A stretch of 64,000 nt of DNA, from the NCBI GenBank assembly GCA_004764695.1, contig SMSO01000034.1, forward strand, positions 1,612,001 to 1,676,000, written 5' to 3'. Position 1 is the stretch's first letter, and the number at the start of each line of letters is the position of its first letter. This DNA comes from Schizochytrium sp. TIO01 (taxonomy: Eukaryota; Protista; Bigyra: Labyrinthulomycetes). A program made the position numbers and the translations under genes. The notes below the pieces were generated by a model that made no database searches, was not told the origin of the DNA, and saw only the letters and a list, made by a program, of their open reading frames with translations. Positions 45,545 to 56,061 of the stretch are shown here, piece after piece.

Positions 45545-46210
45545 GAGACCACAAGCCACACTGTTTTAGGTAGAGTCTTCGTAAAGAGTCTACTTTCTAT
45601 CAGGTCGTGAGGTTCAAATCTACATCGATAACGAAGTACACCAATTGCATTTGCCTGCTTGAACTTGGAAGATGACAGCTATCAATTTATTTTCTCTTGT
45701 TATATTGCTCATGCTTTGCTCCGCTCTTGGTTAATGATCTTTTGAGTAAAGTAGCGTTAATACGAGTTCCATGACAGGTCTAATCTGCTTGTTCAAAGAG
45801 TACTCAACGTTTTAGATATCATAAGTCATTGTTTTCCCTATTAGAGTTCCTCGAAACCATGTCCGTGCAGCTTGCTTTAGAAAAATCATCCTTAGAGCGT
45901 ATTGCTTCAAAGACAAAAATCAACCTTCCAATACTTTTGAAGTATTGTGCACTCTGGAGTCTCGTCTAAACTAGATGAGGTTATAATGCATTGGAATTTT
46001 CATCCCATCTTTTTTGCACCTTTTTTGCACAAGAAGCTCAACACCCCAAGAAACCTACGTAAGATTTCAGAATACGATTTTCTCGCCGCTGGCAAGATCG
46101 TTTCTTTCCTAAGCAATAACCCATAATCTCTATGACACGCCGCAGTCATAAGTCTTGTCTTTACCAAAGCATAGAAAAACCCACGTTGCGAATCTTTCAG
46201 CGTCACTCCA
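45545..46210 (-). pseudogene. Decayed F-box/LRR gene between SKP1 paralogs 2 and 3
   Basis: TLKDSQRGFFYALVKTRL (46203-46150, F-box-like); FKSIGRLIF, L*YLKR*VL, and a near-consensus LRR SLRRLYLKQCGL (45587-45552). Confidence 0.4.
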
Positions 46211-46592
46211 AGAATAACGAATTCGGTCGTCCTCTTATTCCTAGTTTTTATCATAGGTTTTATCCTAATGTTCAATCACAGTGATTAGTCGATAGGTCTA
46301 TATGATACAACAGAAAAGGTAAGAAGAGGAGGATACAACTATTTGACGCCCTCGTGGCGGCAAACCCGTTCATTAGACGTTCGCTGACAAGGGTTGCCGG
46401 GCATAGACACCAACGAGCTCATACATCAAGTTTTCACTCTGTGTGCAACGCTGGCTTCTGCTGAGTTACAGTTTATTATAGCACGGGCACGGGAGGAAGA
46501 GAGAAAAGGAACTCTTCGTTGGTAATCAACTTGGTCCTGGGCAGAAAAGCAAAGCGAGCAAACAAGGCAAGCAAAGAGGTGGGCTGCGACAA

Positions 46593-47120
46593 ATGAGCGG
46601 CATTCGACCCAGTGAGGAAGACCAATGCCGACTGATTAGTGCAGATGGGAAGGAATTCTTGGTGAGACAGTCTATTGCTAAGCAAAGCGTGTTGATTCGC
46701 GAAATGGTCGAGGAATGCGAAAAGGGAGATATCCCAGACGTCCCATTGCCTAATGTCAAGGGTGACGTCCTTAAACTAGTCGTAGAATTTTGTGTGCATA
46801 ATGCGAAAGACCCAATGCCAGATTTTGAGAAACCTCTGATCAGCGATGTCCTTGCAGAATTTGTTCCGCAATGGTACCGCGAGTTCATTGATCGTGATCG
46901 TGCAGAGGTCTTCGAGATCATTTCGTGTGCCAATTATCTGGACATTGCACCGTTGTTGGATCTCGCATGCGCGAAGATTGCAGTAGAGCTCAAGAGAATG
47001 ACAGAAAAGGATCGTATCGAAACATTTGGTCCACCGGAGAACCTAACTCCGGAGCAAGATGCACTTGTGCGAGAATTTAACAAGTGGGAAGCTGGTCCAG
47101 ACACAAATGCCCTGGATTAA
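46593..47120 (+). CDS. SKP1: SKP1 paralog 3, divergent
   Basis: LISADG, VPLPNVKGDVLKLVVEFCVH, CANYLDIAPLLDLACAKIA, ETF..ENLTPEQ..VREFNKW. Confidence 0.92.
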   Translation: MSGIRPSEEDQCRLISADGKEFLVRQSIAKQSVLIREMVEECEKGDIPDVPLPNVKGDVLKLVVEFCVHNAKDPMPDFEKPLISDVLAEFVPQWYREFIDRDRAEVFEIISCANYLDIAPLLDLACAKIAVELKRMTEKDRIETFGPPENLTPEQDALVREFNKWEAGPDTNALD

Positions 47121-47429
47121 ATCTAGGATGCCATGGAATATTAAGTCGAGGAGAAGAGGAAAGAAACTACAACTTGACGGAAAAGGTGTAGACTAGTATC
47201 TAAAGATTTTTGCGCAGCAACGATGGGCGTTACTGGCTCAAGTAGTAATAACACAAATTCATAGCCATTTGTTAACTCTTTTTAACTCTTCACCTGCTGC
47301 CGTGACACAAGGGTGCATACCTTATTTGTAAGTAAATAAATTAAGATAATAAATAGTGTGTAGCGTCACAGCAGTGGAAACCGTATTTTTCTCAAGCTCT
47401 CAAGAAGCACAACCTCTCTCTTAAGATTA

Positions 47430-49110
47430 GAGCCTTGCAAGACATAGATTGAGTTTCGTTCAGAAACTAGTCATCAAGACTACCAAGTATGCCAACTTGG
47501 GCCAAGTCAAGTACTTCGGGCTATCCATCACTTGACGAGCAGCTCAACATCACTGGATCTCAAGATATTTCAAGAAGCTTGCTTGGTTGGTGGCGTGCGC
47601 CATGGATAATCAAGATTTGTATGGGGCTTAATTACTGTTGCTGTGTTGAGTGACAATTTTGCAGTTGGAAAAGGTTAGTTTTCATGTTTATTGAAACACT
47701 GTTTGATGACGCTAGGCATTTTGTTGCTCATTTTATAGGTATGAAACACTGCGCAATCAGCGAAAACTTTGGAACCACTCAATTCTATCGATCAGGCCTA
47801 CATCGACGCTAGAGACGTCTCTGGCAGCACATTTTTTGTGAAAGCTTGTGCTAGTTCTTATCCTTGTGGATCCTCCGTTCGCGAGCAGCTGTTGCTTCAT
47901 AAAAACCTAAACACTAGCAACCTAAAAACCCAATTGAGCTCATAGGGCACGTACCTCAGTGCAGTAGAAACCCCAGACATCCTGTTGTCCTTCCCAACAT
48001 TTTCATTCGGGATTTGCTGCAGCTTCTTCAAGCTTCGACCCGTTGAACCAACAATCTCCAACAGCCTCCAGAAAATTGATGGCTTCTAGGTTAAAGGCCT
48101 ATTTACATCCCCATATCTATTAAAGTCTTTAATTCTAAAAGTACTGTAAACCTACCTACCAATCAGTCATAGGCTCTTCATATAAGTCATAATGTTAACT
48201 AGGTGGCTCTTTGTATTCTCACTAAAGGGAGTGATATCCTCTATGGGGTACTTACCCCTTGCTAGTGTCGGGTTATACCCAAATACAAGGATGATCAGGA
48301 ATAGGCTCTTGGGAACAAGAGTTAATTGCCCATCTCGAGGATAATGTTGCTTGAAGGAGTATAGTTTGCTTCGCTATGTAACAGTATAGTTTGCTTCGCT
48401 ATGTAATGTATGTCCATCTCAAGGACAATGTTGCTTGTAGTAGTATAGTTTGCTTTGCGATGTAATAATATATGCTCTGGTAAAATTGATTATGCCGTGT
48501 AGTAGTTAGATAGTAGTAAGCAGCCACGCACATGTTAAAGCATACCTAGGTATAGGACCGACCACCTTAAATTGCTGTCAGCGAGTGAGTGTCATGAGTG
48601 TCACTTCTTGAAGAAGTTCAACTCGATCTTGATGACATCGGGTGTGAATTTGTAAAATGAAATCCATAAAGTTTCGAGACCTCAAGGATTGACTCTCAAT
48701 AGAAATTCTTGCAGAATCACTTTAAGCGAAGATGCTAGCGTACACTTGCGAAAGTTGTGGAGTCTGTTAGAGCCCGGTGCTGTCGAGATAAGCAAATCGT
48801 TGTGCAGGTGACTTGAAGCAAATTACAGCTCATTGAGAAACCTTGAAGACTTGAGGGCTCATTTTATCATCGACGTTTACAATAACAGAAGGACATGGCC
48901 GGCACGACTAGGAACCTTGGTCTTTATGACACTGCCAGCTCATCAGCGGACACAGATAACAGAGATATGAGAGGGTCTCTACACTCAGAGCAAGTTACCC
49001 ACCGCCTCGTGCCACGATTATGCTGCTCGGAGCCTCGCAGGAAGAATTTACAGTTCTGCAGGTTCTTCTCTACGCTCTTAAAGTGCTTCTGCTGTCTGCA
49101 CTCCAGCGAC
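47430..49110 (+). pseudogene. Decayed LRR gene relic(s), interrupted by a local tandem duplication
   Basis: STSLDLKIF, LRNQRKLW, FL*KLVLV, SLLEEVQLDL, HLRKLWS, SLRNLEDLRAH (48830-48862), GSSLRS*S in broken frames. Confidence 0.35.
48330..48465. repeat. Nested tandem duplication (~52-bp unit x2, with an extra copy of its 3' ~24 bp)
   Basis: ccatctcRaggaYaatgttgcttg...agtatagtttgcttYgc.atgtaa at 48330 and 48414; agtatagtttgcttcgctatgtaa repeated between them. Confidence 0.9.
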
Positions 49111-49202
49111 TAGTAGATTAGGTAGACAGCTATCAACATTGCAAAGTTAAGTTGTCTGCGTTGGCACAACTCTTGTTTGCTGCAGCGTACTACTGCAACC
49201 AA

Positions 49203-49257
49203 ATCGAAGTCAAAGTCAAAGTCAAAGTCGAAGTCAAAGTCGAAGTCAAAGTCGAAG
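49203..49257. repeat. (TCRAAG)n hexamer repeat
   Basis: About nine tcgaag/tcaaag units; explains the SKSKSK ORF. Confidence 0.95.
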
Positions 49258-49838
49258 CCAAAAAATGAAAACTACGAACTCGTTTCGGAGACAAGTGCGT
49301 GCAAGGTGGTAAGTTTGATGTGCTCGCGAGAACTCGATGAGCTTGCTCGCTGCAAACTGTGCAAAAATCGCATTTGGAGCATCTTCTTCCACGGACCATA
49401 CTTTGTGATTCCTTGTGAAGTCAAGCTCAAAGTGTGCATCTCTTTTGATGTGATGTGAAAGATAAAGAATGAAGAAAAGGAATATTGCACAACTCTGATG
49501 AGTCACAGTGTAAAGTTGTAAAAGAAAAAAGAAAAAGCTAATCTCGATTGTTATGAGATATCACTATGAGGCATCCTAGCAGTACCTAAGTTTTGGCGGA
49601 TTTAATTCATTTGTTCTTGTTAGAGAAAAAGAAAAGATAATAAATAGAAAAAGTTGATTGAAATAGAAATGTGTCAAAACGATACGAAAGTCCAAACCAG
49701 AAGAGAAACCTCAAGAATTAGCTTGAGTCAACTGGGGTATTGCTGACGCCTCACGAACTGTGCGAAAGCTTGGTCGCACGTTACGCTGTAGACTTGGGAG
49801 GAAGTCTTTTTTTTTTTTTTCCAAAAGGTCTATCGAGC

Positions 49839-51440
49839 ATGGGAACTGTTCGCCGACGCCAAGGAGGCGCAGCATCAAAGTCCTCAGGCAGCAAGCCCGC
49901 AACTTCAAGCGCACCAAGTACAGGGTCTTCTCAACGCTCAAACAATTTTGGCGAAGGATTTGCAGCAAAGTTCTCGTTCAAAGCGCTTGGAATTCTTATC
50001 CTGACCGGACTGGTGGGCACAATTGTCCGCTTCTACTCTACAGAAGATCGAGACAAATACTACCCCGCATCAATTCGCTTGCGCCGGGATGAGTTTTCAA
50101 ACATGTCTGTATTCTTCTGGGATAACTCAGGTTCGTTCTCAACTCAAGATCAGATTGATGCAATCATACACCATGGCGAGCCCACGTTGATCCTTGATTC
50201 GCCTGTCTTGACCTGGCCTGCTATGCAGAAATGGGGCACACAGTACCTTGCGGATGCTGTCCCGACGCTACACGGCGTGCGCAGTCAGTCTTCATCAAAC
50301 GTTTTCTTCAATGAAGAGCTGAGTGAGCTGTCTAAGGCTGCCCTTGAGGCTGGCATCGGTGAGAAGCCAACTCAGAAAATTGAAGAGAGCAAGTCAACCA
50401 TGGAATTCTTCTCTACTCCTTCTGAGGGCTCAACCTCGTATGAGTATTATGCAAGCAGTCTATTGCATGACAGCACCCTTGAACCTCTATTTACAGACCT
50501 TGGTGCTAAAGAAGCAAATGTGACTTTGCTCAATGACACTTTTGCGGAATTTGCTTTCAAGAAGAAAGTGCAGGATGTCTTTCTCTGGCTAGGACGGGCA
50601 GGGACTGAGGCTGGTCTTCACTATGACACCTCGAATAACTTCAATGTACAGATCTTTGGCCGGAAAACATTCACAATCTACCCAGTCACAGAAATACCGA
50701 AGCTGCGCATGTACCCATCCTTTCATATTTCGGCTCGTCAGGCAATGCTTGAAGAGGCGCAGTTGAACTTAGAAGGCAAGAAGAGTCTTACTTTGGTTCC
50801 CGGCCAGGTACTTTTTTTGCCTCCATACCATTTGCACTCCGCGAAGGCCGTTGATGATGCTGCAAATGTAAACATTTTTTCTCCCTCCAAGTTGCGAGAG
50901 GGGCATAAGCTATGGCTACGTGAGGAAAGTATCTCCCCGCCTGCGCTTAAAGAACTTCTTGAAAGCGATCCCGAGGTTTATCCTAGCACTGTTTCAGCTT
51001 TTATTCTTGGGTTTTCCGCCGCGATAAAGAGTTATGCCTGTACTACCAAGACAAGTTTCCGCTATGACATGATCAGCATCAAACCGGTAATTGCCAAACT
51101 TGTGGAGGAGCGCATGGGCTACAATTGGGCAGCGTACAACTGTGCTGATTGGGACCCAACACGTTGCCCAGATCTGTCCAAGGAGATTCCAACGTCTTTG
51201 CGTGGCCCTCTTGGAGACATTATGCAATTCAACCTCCGCCTTTATAAGAACACTCCTTGCGAGACTCTCGGTCCCCTTCTTGAAACTTTCATCGCTGATT
51301 GGATCGAGGCTGTCTCTGGTTCGAACATCGGTTTTGACAAAATGTGTTCCTTTCTCCGCTGCACGAGCCATCTTTCCAAGAATGAGGAAGTCTTGTTGGC
51401 CGAGGATATTGCAGACTTTGAGGCTCAGGCCTCTGCGTAA
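49839..51440 (+). CDS. Membrane-anchored JmjC (Cupin_8) Fe(II)/2-oxoglutarate hydroxylase
   Basis: ATG at 49839; TM ALGILILTGLVGTIV; WPAMQKW, LWLG...LHYD..NNFNVQIFGRK, L.PGQVLFLPPYHLH (HxD...H triad and the 2OG-binding Lys). Confidence 0.88.
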   Translation: MGTVRRRQGGAASKSSGSKPATSSAPSTGSSQRSNNFGEGFAAKFSFKALGILILTGLVGTIVRFYSTEDRDKYYPASIRLRRDEFSNMSVFFWDNSGSFSTQDQIDAIIHHGEPTLILDSPVLTWPAMQKWGTQYLADAVPTLHGVRSQSSSNVFFNEELSELSKAALEAGIGEKPTQKIEESKSTMEFFSTPSEGSTSYEYYASSLLHDSTLEPLFTDLGAKEANVTLLNDTFAEFAFKKKVQDVFLWLGRAGTEAGLHYDTSNNFNVQIFGRKTFTIYPVTEIPKLRMYPSFHISARQAMLEEAQLNLEGKKSLTLVPGQVLFLPPYHLHSAKAVDDAANVNIFSPSKLREGHKLWLREESISPPALKELLESDPEVYPSTVSAFILGFSAAIKSYACTTKTSFRYDMISIKPVIAKLVEERMGYNWAAYNCADWDPTRCPDLSKEIPTSLRGPLGDIMQFNLRLYKNTPCETLGPLLETFIADWIEAVSGSNIGFDKMCSFLRCTSHLSKNEEVLLAEDIADFEAQASA

Positions 51441-51891
51441 AGCCTGCTATGAACTCAGGTGGTGGTTATTTTATATTACCTGACTTCAAATACTCTATTG
51501 CAATCCATTCAGAGTGTCCTACTTAAAAGGAGTGTATGCCTTGGAAGGATATGATCAGCCCGTTGTGGGCTGTGAATGGTGCAGATGTGATTGTTATGCT
51601 CTCCAGATTACTCTTTCTTTTTATGTGTTTTGCAAAACCGAGAAGCTTCAACGCCTTTACTAAGGAAATGATGAAATCAGAACCAATCGATCAGTTAAGC
51701 AAACAACAAATAAACAGACAGACAGACAAATAGACCAACAAAAATAGATAAACAAGAATATTTTTCACTGATAAGATATTGGACTCTAAGCGTTTGTAAA
51801 TGCAAATCACGCGTAGTTAATCTAACCATTCGTTTTATGTGAATGATGCATACTTGTATAAATCAGGTGCTTGAATTCGAGTTGGGATTGA

Positions 51892-54800
51892 TTACTTGTT
51901 GTTGATACGTTGACTGCGCATAGCAATAGGAAGAAAAGCCTCAACGAGTTTATACGCGAGAACGTAATCAATTTCTGGATTCTGCCGAAGTGCTGTGTGA
52001 TGATCTTTTGTACTTTGGAGCTCAAAATCGCCCAAACGGATTTCGATAGGACGCGGGTCTGCGTGTAAATCGGATGTCACAACACGACGGCGACCACGCC
52101 TGCGTCCAACTTGCTCATTGATGCTAAAAGCCAAGGAGGATGAGCTACCAGAGGACGTGGACCGAAAGCGCTTATCATGAAATCTTGATCCATGCATGCG
52201 GAGTTTAGCCGAGCCTTGTGAATCTCGATCACTCTCTTGAACATGACGAATACTTGCAGCCTGAGCTGCAACACGCGCAGCGAGGGTTTGAGCCATCAAC
52301 TCCTCCTTTCGTTGTCGAATCTCCTCGCCAAAAATTAAAAGGTCTTTAAAGTAAACAAAGCCTTTGTCTCCTCGAGAAACCCGTGTAACTACAAGATCGG
52401 TAAGGTAGTCAGAAAGAACTGGGTCGAGCATTGTTAAGCCTGCTTGAGTCAAGTTTTCAAGCTCGTGCGCTTCCAAGTGACTTTTCCCAGGTTGAAGCAG
52501 ACTGAAAAATGTTAAGCGCGCACGATCCCGACGTGTTCCTTGCAATGCAATGGATATTCCTGTGAGAAACTCTGAAAAGGTTAAGAAACCTGTCTTAGAT
52601 TCATTCAAAGTTCGGAAAATACCCTCGCAGAACACTTTTGATTCTTCGCTCACTTCAAAACCAACACGCGCGTTTCGTAACGCAGCTACGAAATCGGTCT
52701 GAGATACAGTACCACGGATAGTATCTGGTTTCATTTTCTGAAATGATGCACGAACAGCTTTGGCAATATTGATACTTATTCCCAGCTCACGAAGAAATTT
52801 GCCCGGGCGTGGCGCAGGCTTATCTCCTTCTTCCTCACTTTCGCCTTCCTGAATTGTTGGGGGCAGACCGGGTTTCACAATTGAGTGGAAGCTTGCAGCC
52901 TGGGTATTATTTAGTTTGGTAGTGTCTTCTTCTTCCGTATGAGTTTTATGAGGCTCCACATTCTCTTGTACCTTCGTGCTGCACGCATCATGATTGTTCT
53001 CATCTTCTTTGCCATTGTCCTTGTTTTGACCAGACTTTTGAAGAATACTTTCAGCAATAGCCTTTTTGCTCGCCTTAAGTTGATGTGATGCCATCATTGT
53101 TACGCGAATACGGCTGCGGAGGGTATTAAGAAGTCCATGTTTTGCCTTTTGCAACGATACAGCATTCGCCATGAAGTTAACACGTTTTGCATTTGTCGGA
53201 TCGGAGTCTTCTTGATCATCTGCATCATGAGGAGTTGCAGAGCCAGGCCGGTTTGGGTTATTGCCGCCACGCCCAAAGCGGTGACCTTTCCTGTTCGTAA
53301 TCTCTTTTTTTGCAAGGGCTAGTTGTGGAAAGCAGTCTATAACAAGCCGTACAAGGTCTGGTAAGCCCTTATTAGACCAAAGTGCCTTGAAATCCTTAAA
53401 ATCCATCTTGCTCATTTGCTCACAGTGTTCTTGCAGCTCTCGGAGCTGTTGCTCTTCTCGAAATGAACCATCATCAAGCCAATCATTTGCGGAATCAAAA
53501 CTGCTCCATGATATTTCATCGTCTTCATTGTCACCCATGCGCGCCCAAAGCGGGAGTTCATCATCGAGGTCACCTGATATAGCATCCATAAATTCGTGGT
53601 GATCTGGAGTCTTGAATGCAGTTGCACTGTAATTATCTTCCTGATCTTCATCATTGTCTTCTCCATCTTCTTCATTTTCTTCCTCAATTTGGCCACTTCC
53701 GGTTGAATAGCTTTTGGAGTTAATCCCCTGATTCGGGTGGTCTCGATGACGTTCTGATTTTTGCTTTTCTTGACTCCGTGATGCGAAATCTTCCAAAGCT
53801 TTGCGCATTATCAAACGTCGCTTCCTCTGACGAGACGCAAATTCGTTCTCTAGACGGGTCCTCTCCTCATGTGCTTCTACGATCCAGGCCATAAGCACAC
53901 CGAAATCAGAAGAAACGCATGCATCCGCATCACTACGCAATAGCATGAACAGATCATGTTGTGAAATGAATCCATCACGGTCTGTGTCAAGCACTTCAAA
54001 GCACAAAAACAGTTTTTGCTGTGTAGTGCCTAACATTAGGGTTGACAAATACGTAGCAAACTTTGCAAATGTGAGACCCTCGCGGCGCTCTGCAGCTTCT
54101 CGTCCGCACATTACAGAATAAATCCGCTTCACCATTGTACTGTCGCCATTATTCGGAAATGTCCGAGATAATGCGTGTTGAAACATGGCCAGGGTCATAG
54201 GTTTTCGAGCCAAGACGCCCTTTTGCTGCAGGGCAAGCTGACTCGCTTTCAGGGCCATTCCTTCATGTGATGAATCGCTTGCAATGAGTACTTGCGATTC
54301 TGATGTTTGGATGTCATCAGAAGATGTTCCTAATACTACTGCAGCAGATGGTTCATCTTTCTCTTTGACAATCATACGAAAAACACGTTCAGCCATTTCC
54401 ATTTGCGCAGGATTGAACAAGCAGCGGTGTGTACGGTAGAACTTATCTGCATATGTTAGCTCCTCCTCGTTATCAGGACTGTTGCTAGTGTTTGAAGTCT
54501 TAAAGGTTGTAGTACTTTTATTTCCCTTTCCAGATGCATTTAAACTTGTGCCCAGAGGACCTGCGGAAAGTCCCGTGACAGCTATTGAAGCCGAGATCTC
54601 TGCACCTTCTCCCTGCGATTTGCGGCGAATATTCTCAAGTGCTTGCTTTCGAGCCCGTTCTCGCCGCACTGCGCCAGCATGTGCTGGGGGGCGAGCAATT
54701 TCTATCTTTGTGGAAGGAACTGTTTTGTGGGATTTTCCCGCCTGCTCAGCCTCAGGATGCTTCACTTTGAAATCTTTTAACCTCCGGGCTGCTGCAGAGC

Positions 54801-55452
54801 GGTGATGCTCTGTCACCCGCTGCTCGGCAAGCTTCCTAATTTGGTCTTTCATTGCTTCCCGGACTGCTGGGTTGTTTGTCGCGATGCGTGCACTTTGAGA
54901 AATCTGCCGCATGAGGGTTTGATTCATAAACTGTTTAGTTTTCCATTCTTCATCTGTCTTGGATCGTCTCGACACTTCTTCAAAGGTGCTCTTAAAATAC
55001 TCAGCAATACGTTGGCATTCTTCCTCTTCTTTTAGCATGTCATCGTGAACACTGGATAGTGTTACATTCGCGTTGCAGGTATACGCGCGTTCTTCGTCCT
55101 TGCGCCTTTGCACATCTTCTTCATCTCTACGTTGCTGCACAGCATCTAAAAGGGCCTCCAAGGTCGCTTGCCGTTGCTCTGGGATAGCTTCTGTTGGGCG
55201 GTGTGTGGTTTGAAAATCGTAGAGTAGCCGCATGATATTTCTGCGACTGACAAAGTCGCTTTTACTCATGACCCTTACATTTTTCTTTTTCTTGCCAAGT
55301 TCTCCAACACCTCCATTACCGCCACCGCTAGCACCGTGTTGACTGCCTGCAAGGCTCTCTCGGTGAGGTTTAAGAATGCTCTGTCGACCGCGTTTGTTTG
55401 ATACTGCCCTTGTATTGGCTGACTTGGCCAAAGCACTTAGTGCTGCCTCCAT
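51892..55452 (-). CDS. Large EF-hand protein with two calcineurin-B/NCS-like modules
   Basis: LSTLMLGTTQQKLFLCFEVLDTDRDGFISQHDL and IFRTLNESKTGFLTFSEFLTGISIALQGTRRDRARLTF; coiled-coil and acidic linkers; 1186 aa. Confidence 0.8.
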   Translation of the reverse strand: MEAALSALAKSANTRAVSNKRGRQSILKPHRESLAGSQHGASGGGNGGVGELGKKKKNVRVMSKSDFVSRRNIMRLLYDFQTTHRPTEAIPEQRQATLEALLDAVQQRRDEEDVQRRKDEERAYTCNANVTLSSVHDDMLKEEEECQRIAEYFKSTFEEVSRRSKTDEEWKTKQFMNQTLMRQISQSARIATNNPAVREAMKDQIRKLAEQRVTEHHRSAAARRLKDFKVKHPEAEQAGKSHKTVPSTKIEIARPPAHAGAVRRERARKQALENIRRKSQGEGAEISASIAVTGLSAGPLGTSLNASGKGNKSTTTFKTSNTSNSPDNEEELTYADKFYRTHRCLFNPAQMEMAERVFRMIVKEKDEPSAAVVLGTSSDDIQTSESQVLIASDSSHEGMALKASQLALQQKGVLARKPMTLAMFQHALSRTFPNNGDSTMVKRIYSVMCGREAAERREGLTFAKFATYLSTLMLGTTQQKLFLCFEVLDTDRDGFISQHDLFMLLRSDADACVSSDFGVLMAWIVEAHEERTRLENEFASRQRKRRLIMRKALEDFASRSQEKQKSERHRDHPNQGINSKSYSTGSGQIEEENEEDGEDNDEDQEDNYSATAFKTPDHHEFMDAISGDLDDELPLWARMGDNEDDEISWSSFDSANDWLDDGSFREEQQLRELQEHCEQMSKMDFKDFKALWSNKGLPDLVRLVIDCFPQLALAKKEITNRKGHRFGRGGNNPNRPGSATPHDADDQEDSDPTNAKRVNFMANAVSLQKAKHGLLNTLRSRIRVTMMASHQLKASKKAIAESILQKSGQNKDNGKEDENNHDACSTKVQENVEPHKTHTEEEDTTKLNNTQAASFHSIVKPGLPPTIQEGESEEEGDKPAPRPGKFLRELGISINIAKAVRASFQKMKPDTIRGTVSQTDFVAALRNARVGFEVSEESKVFCEGIFRTLNESKTGFLTFSEFLTGISIALQGTRRDRARLTFFSLLQPGKSHLEAHELENLTQAGLTMLDPVLSDYLTDLVVTRVSRGDKGFVYFKDLLIFGEEIRQRKEELMAQTLAARVAAQAASIRHVQESDRDSQGSAKLRMHGSRFHDKRFRSTSSGSSSSLAFSINEQVGRRRGRRRVVTSDLHADPRPIEIRLGDFELQSTKDHHTALRQNPEIDYVLAYKLVEAFLPIAMRSQRINNK

Positions 55453-56061
55453 CAGCGCTGCGAAGCGACCAGGTTCAGAGTTTGACTAATCAAAACGCCA
55501 CGAAGTGGAGCAAACTCCTCTCCAGGCTTTGCTAAACCTGAAGAGCCTGCGAACCAACAGCTCGCCCTGGACGAAAAAGCTTCTTCTAGCTAGCCTCGCA
55601 CATGCACTCTCGTCTGATGATCGCCTTCTATATGCAAAGAATTGTGCGCAATATATAGCAGTAGTACAAACAAAGTGCGTGAGTTCTACTTTTATAAAAA
55701 GAGAACTTTGAGACCATTCGTATTAATAGTAATAATTATGAGTCGGTCGGCGCGGACTGCTTGGAGTGTGTACTCTTGCGGCGCTCTCAGGAACCGTTTT
55801 GAGAATTACGCCCGGTTTGGGTGCGGGGTTCCTGCAGGAAAGGCTTCAGCGGGTGTGATTGGTAGGCGAATGCACGATGCAAGGTGTCAATTGCAAGGGA
55901 CCTGGGAAGCCTCGGAAGTTGAATCTCGGTCCGACTTCGAAGCATGTTAAATAGGATACCAAAAAGAAAAGAAAAAAGAGAAGGAAAATCTGTTGCAGTT
56001 GTCATGTATTTTGTCGCTCAATTAGAAAGAAATGCTCCAAAATGTGGGAAAGATTACTCAC

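Noticed and set aside
47600-47740. RCC1-like peptide (IIKICMGLNYCC) and an apparent GT..AG intron at 47673-47738
   Set aside because: A single short match in stop-ridden sequence; no open spliced frame results.
48330-48465. Repeat-spacer-like pattern (CRISPR-like)
   Set aside because: Only three partial copies with no unique spacers of constant length, no cas genes, eukaryotic context; it is a simple tandem duplication.
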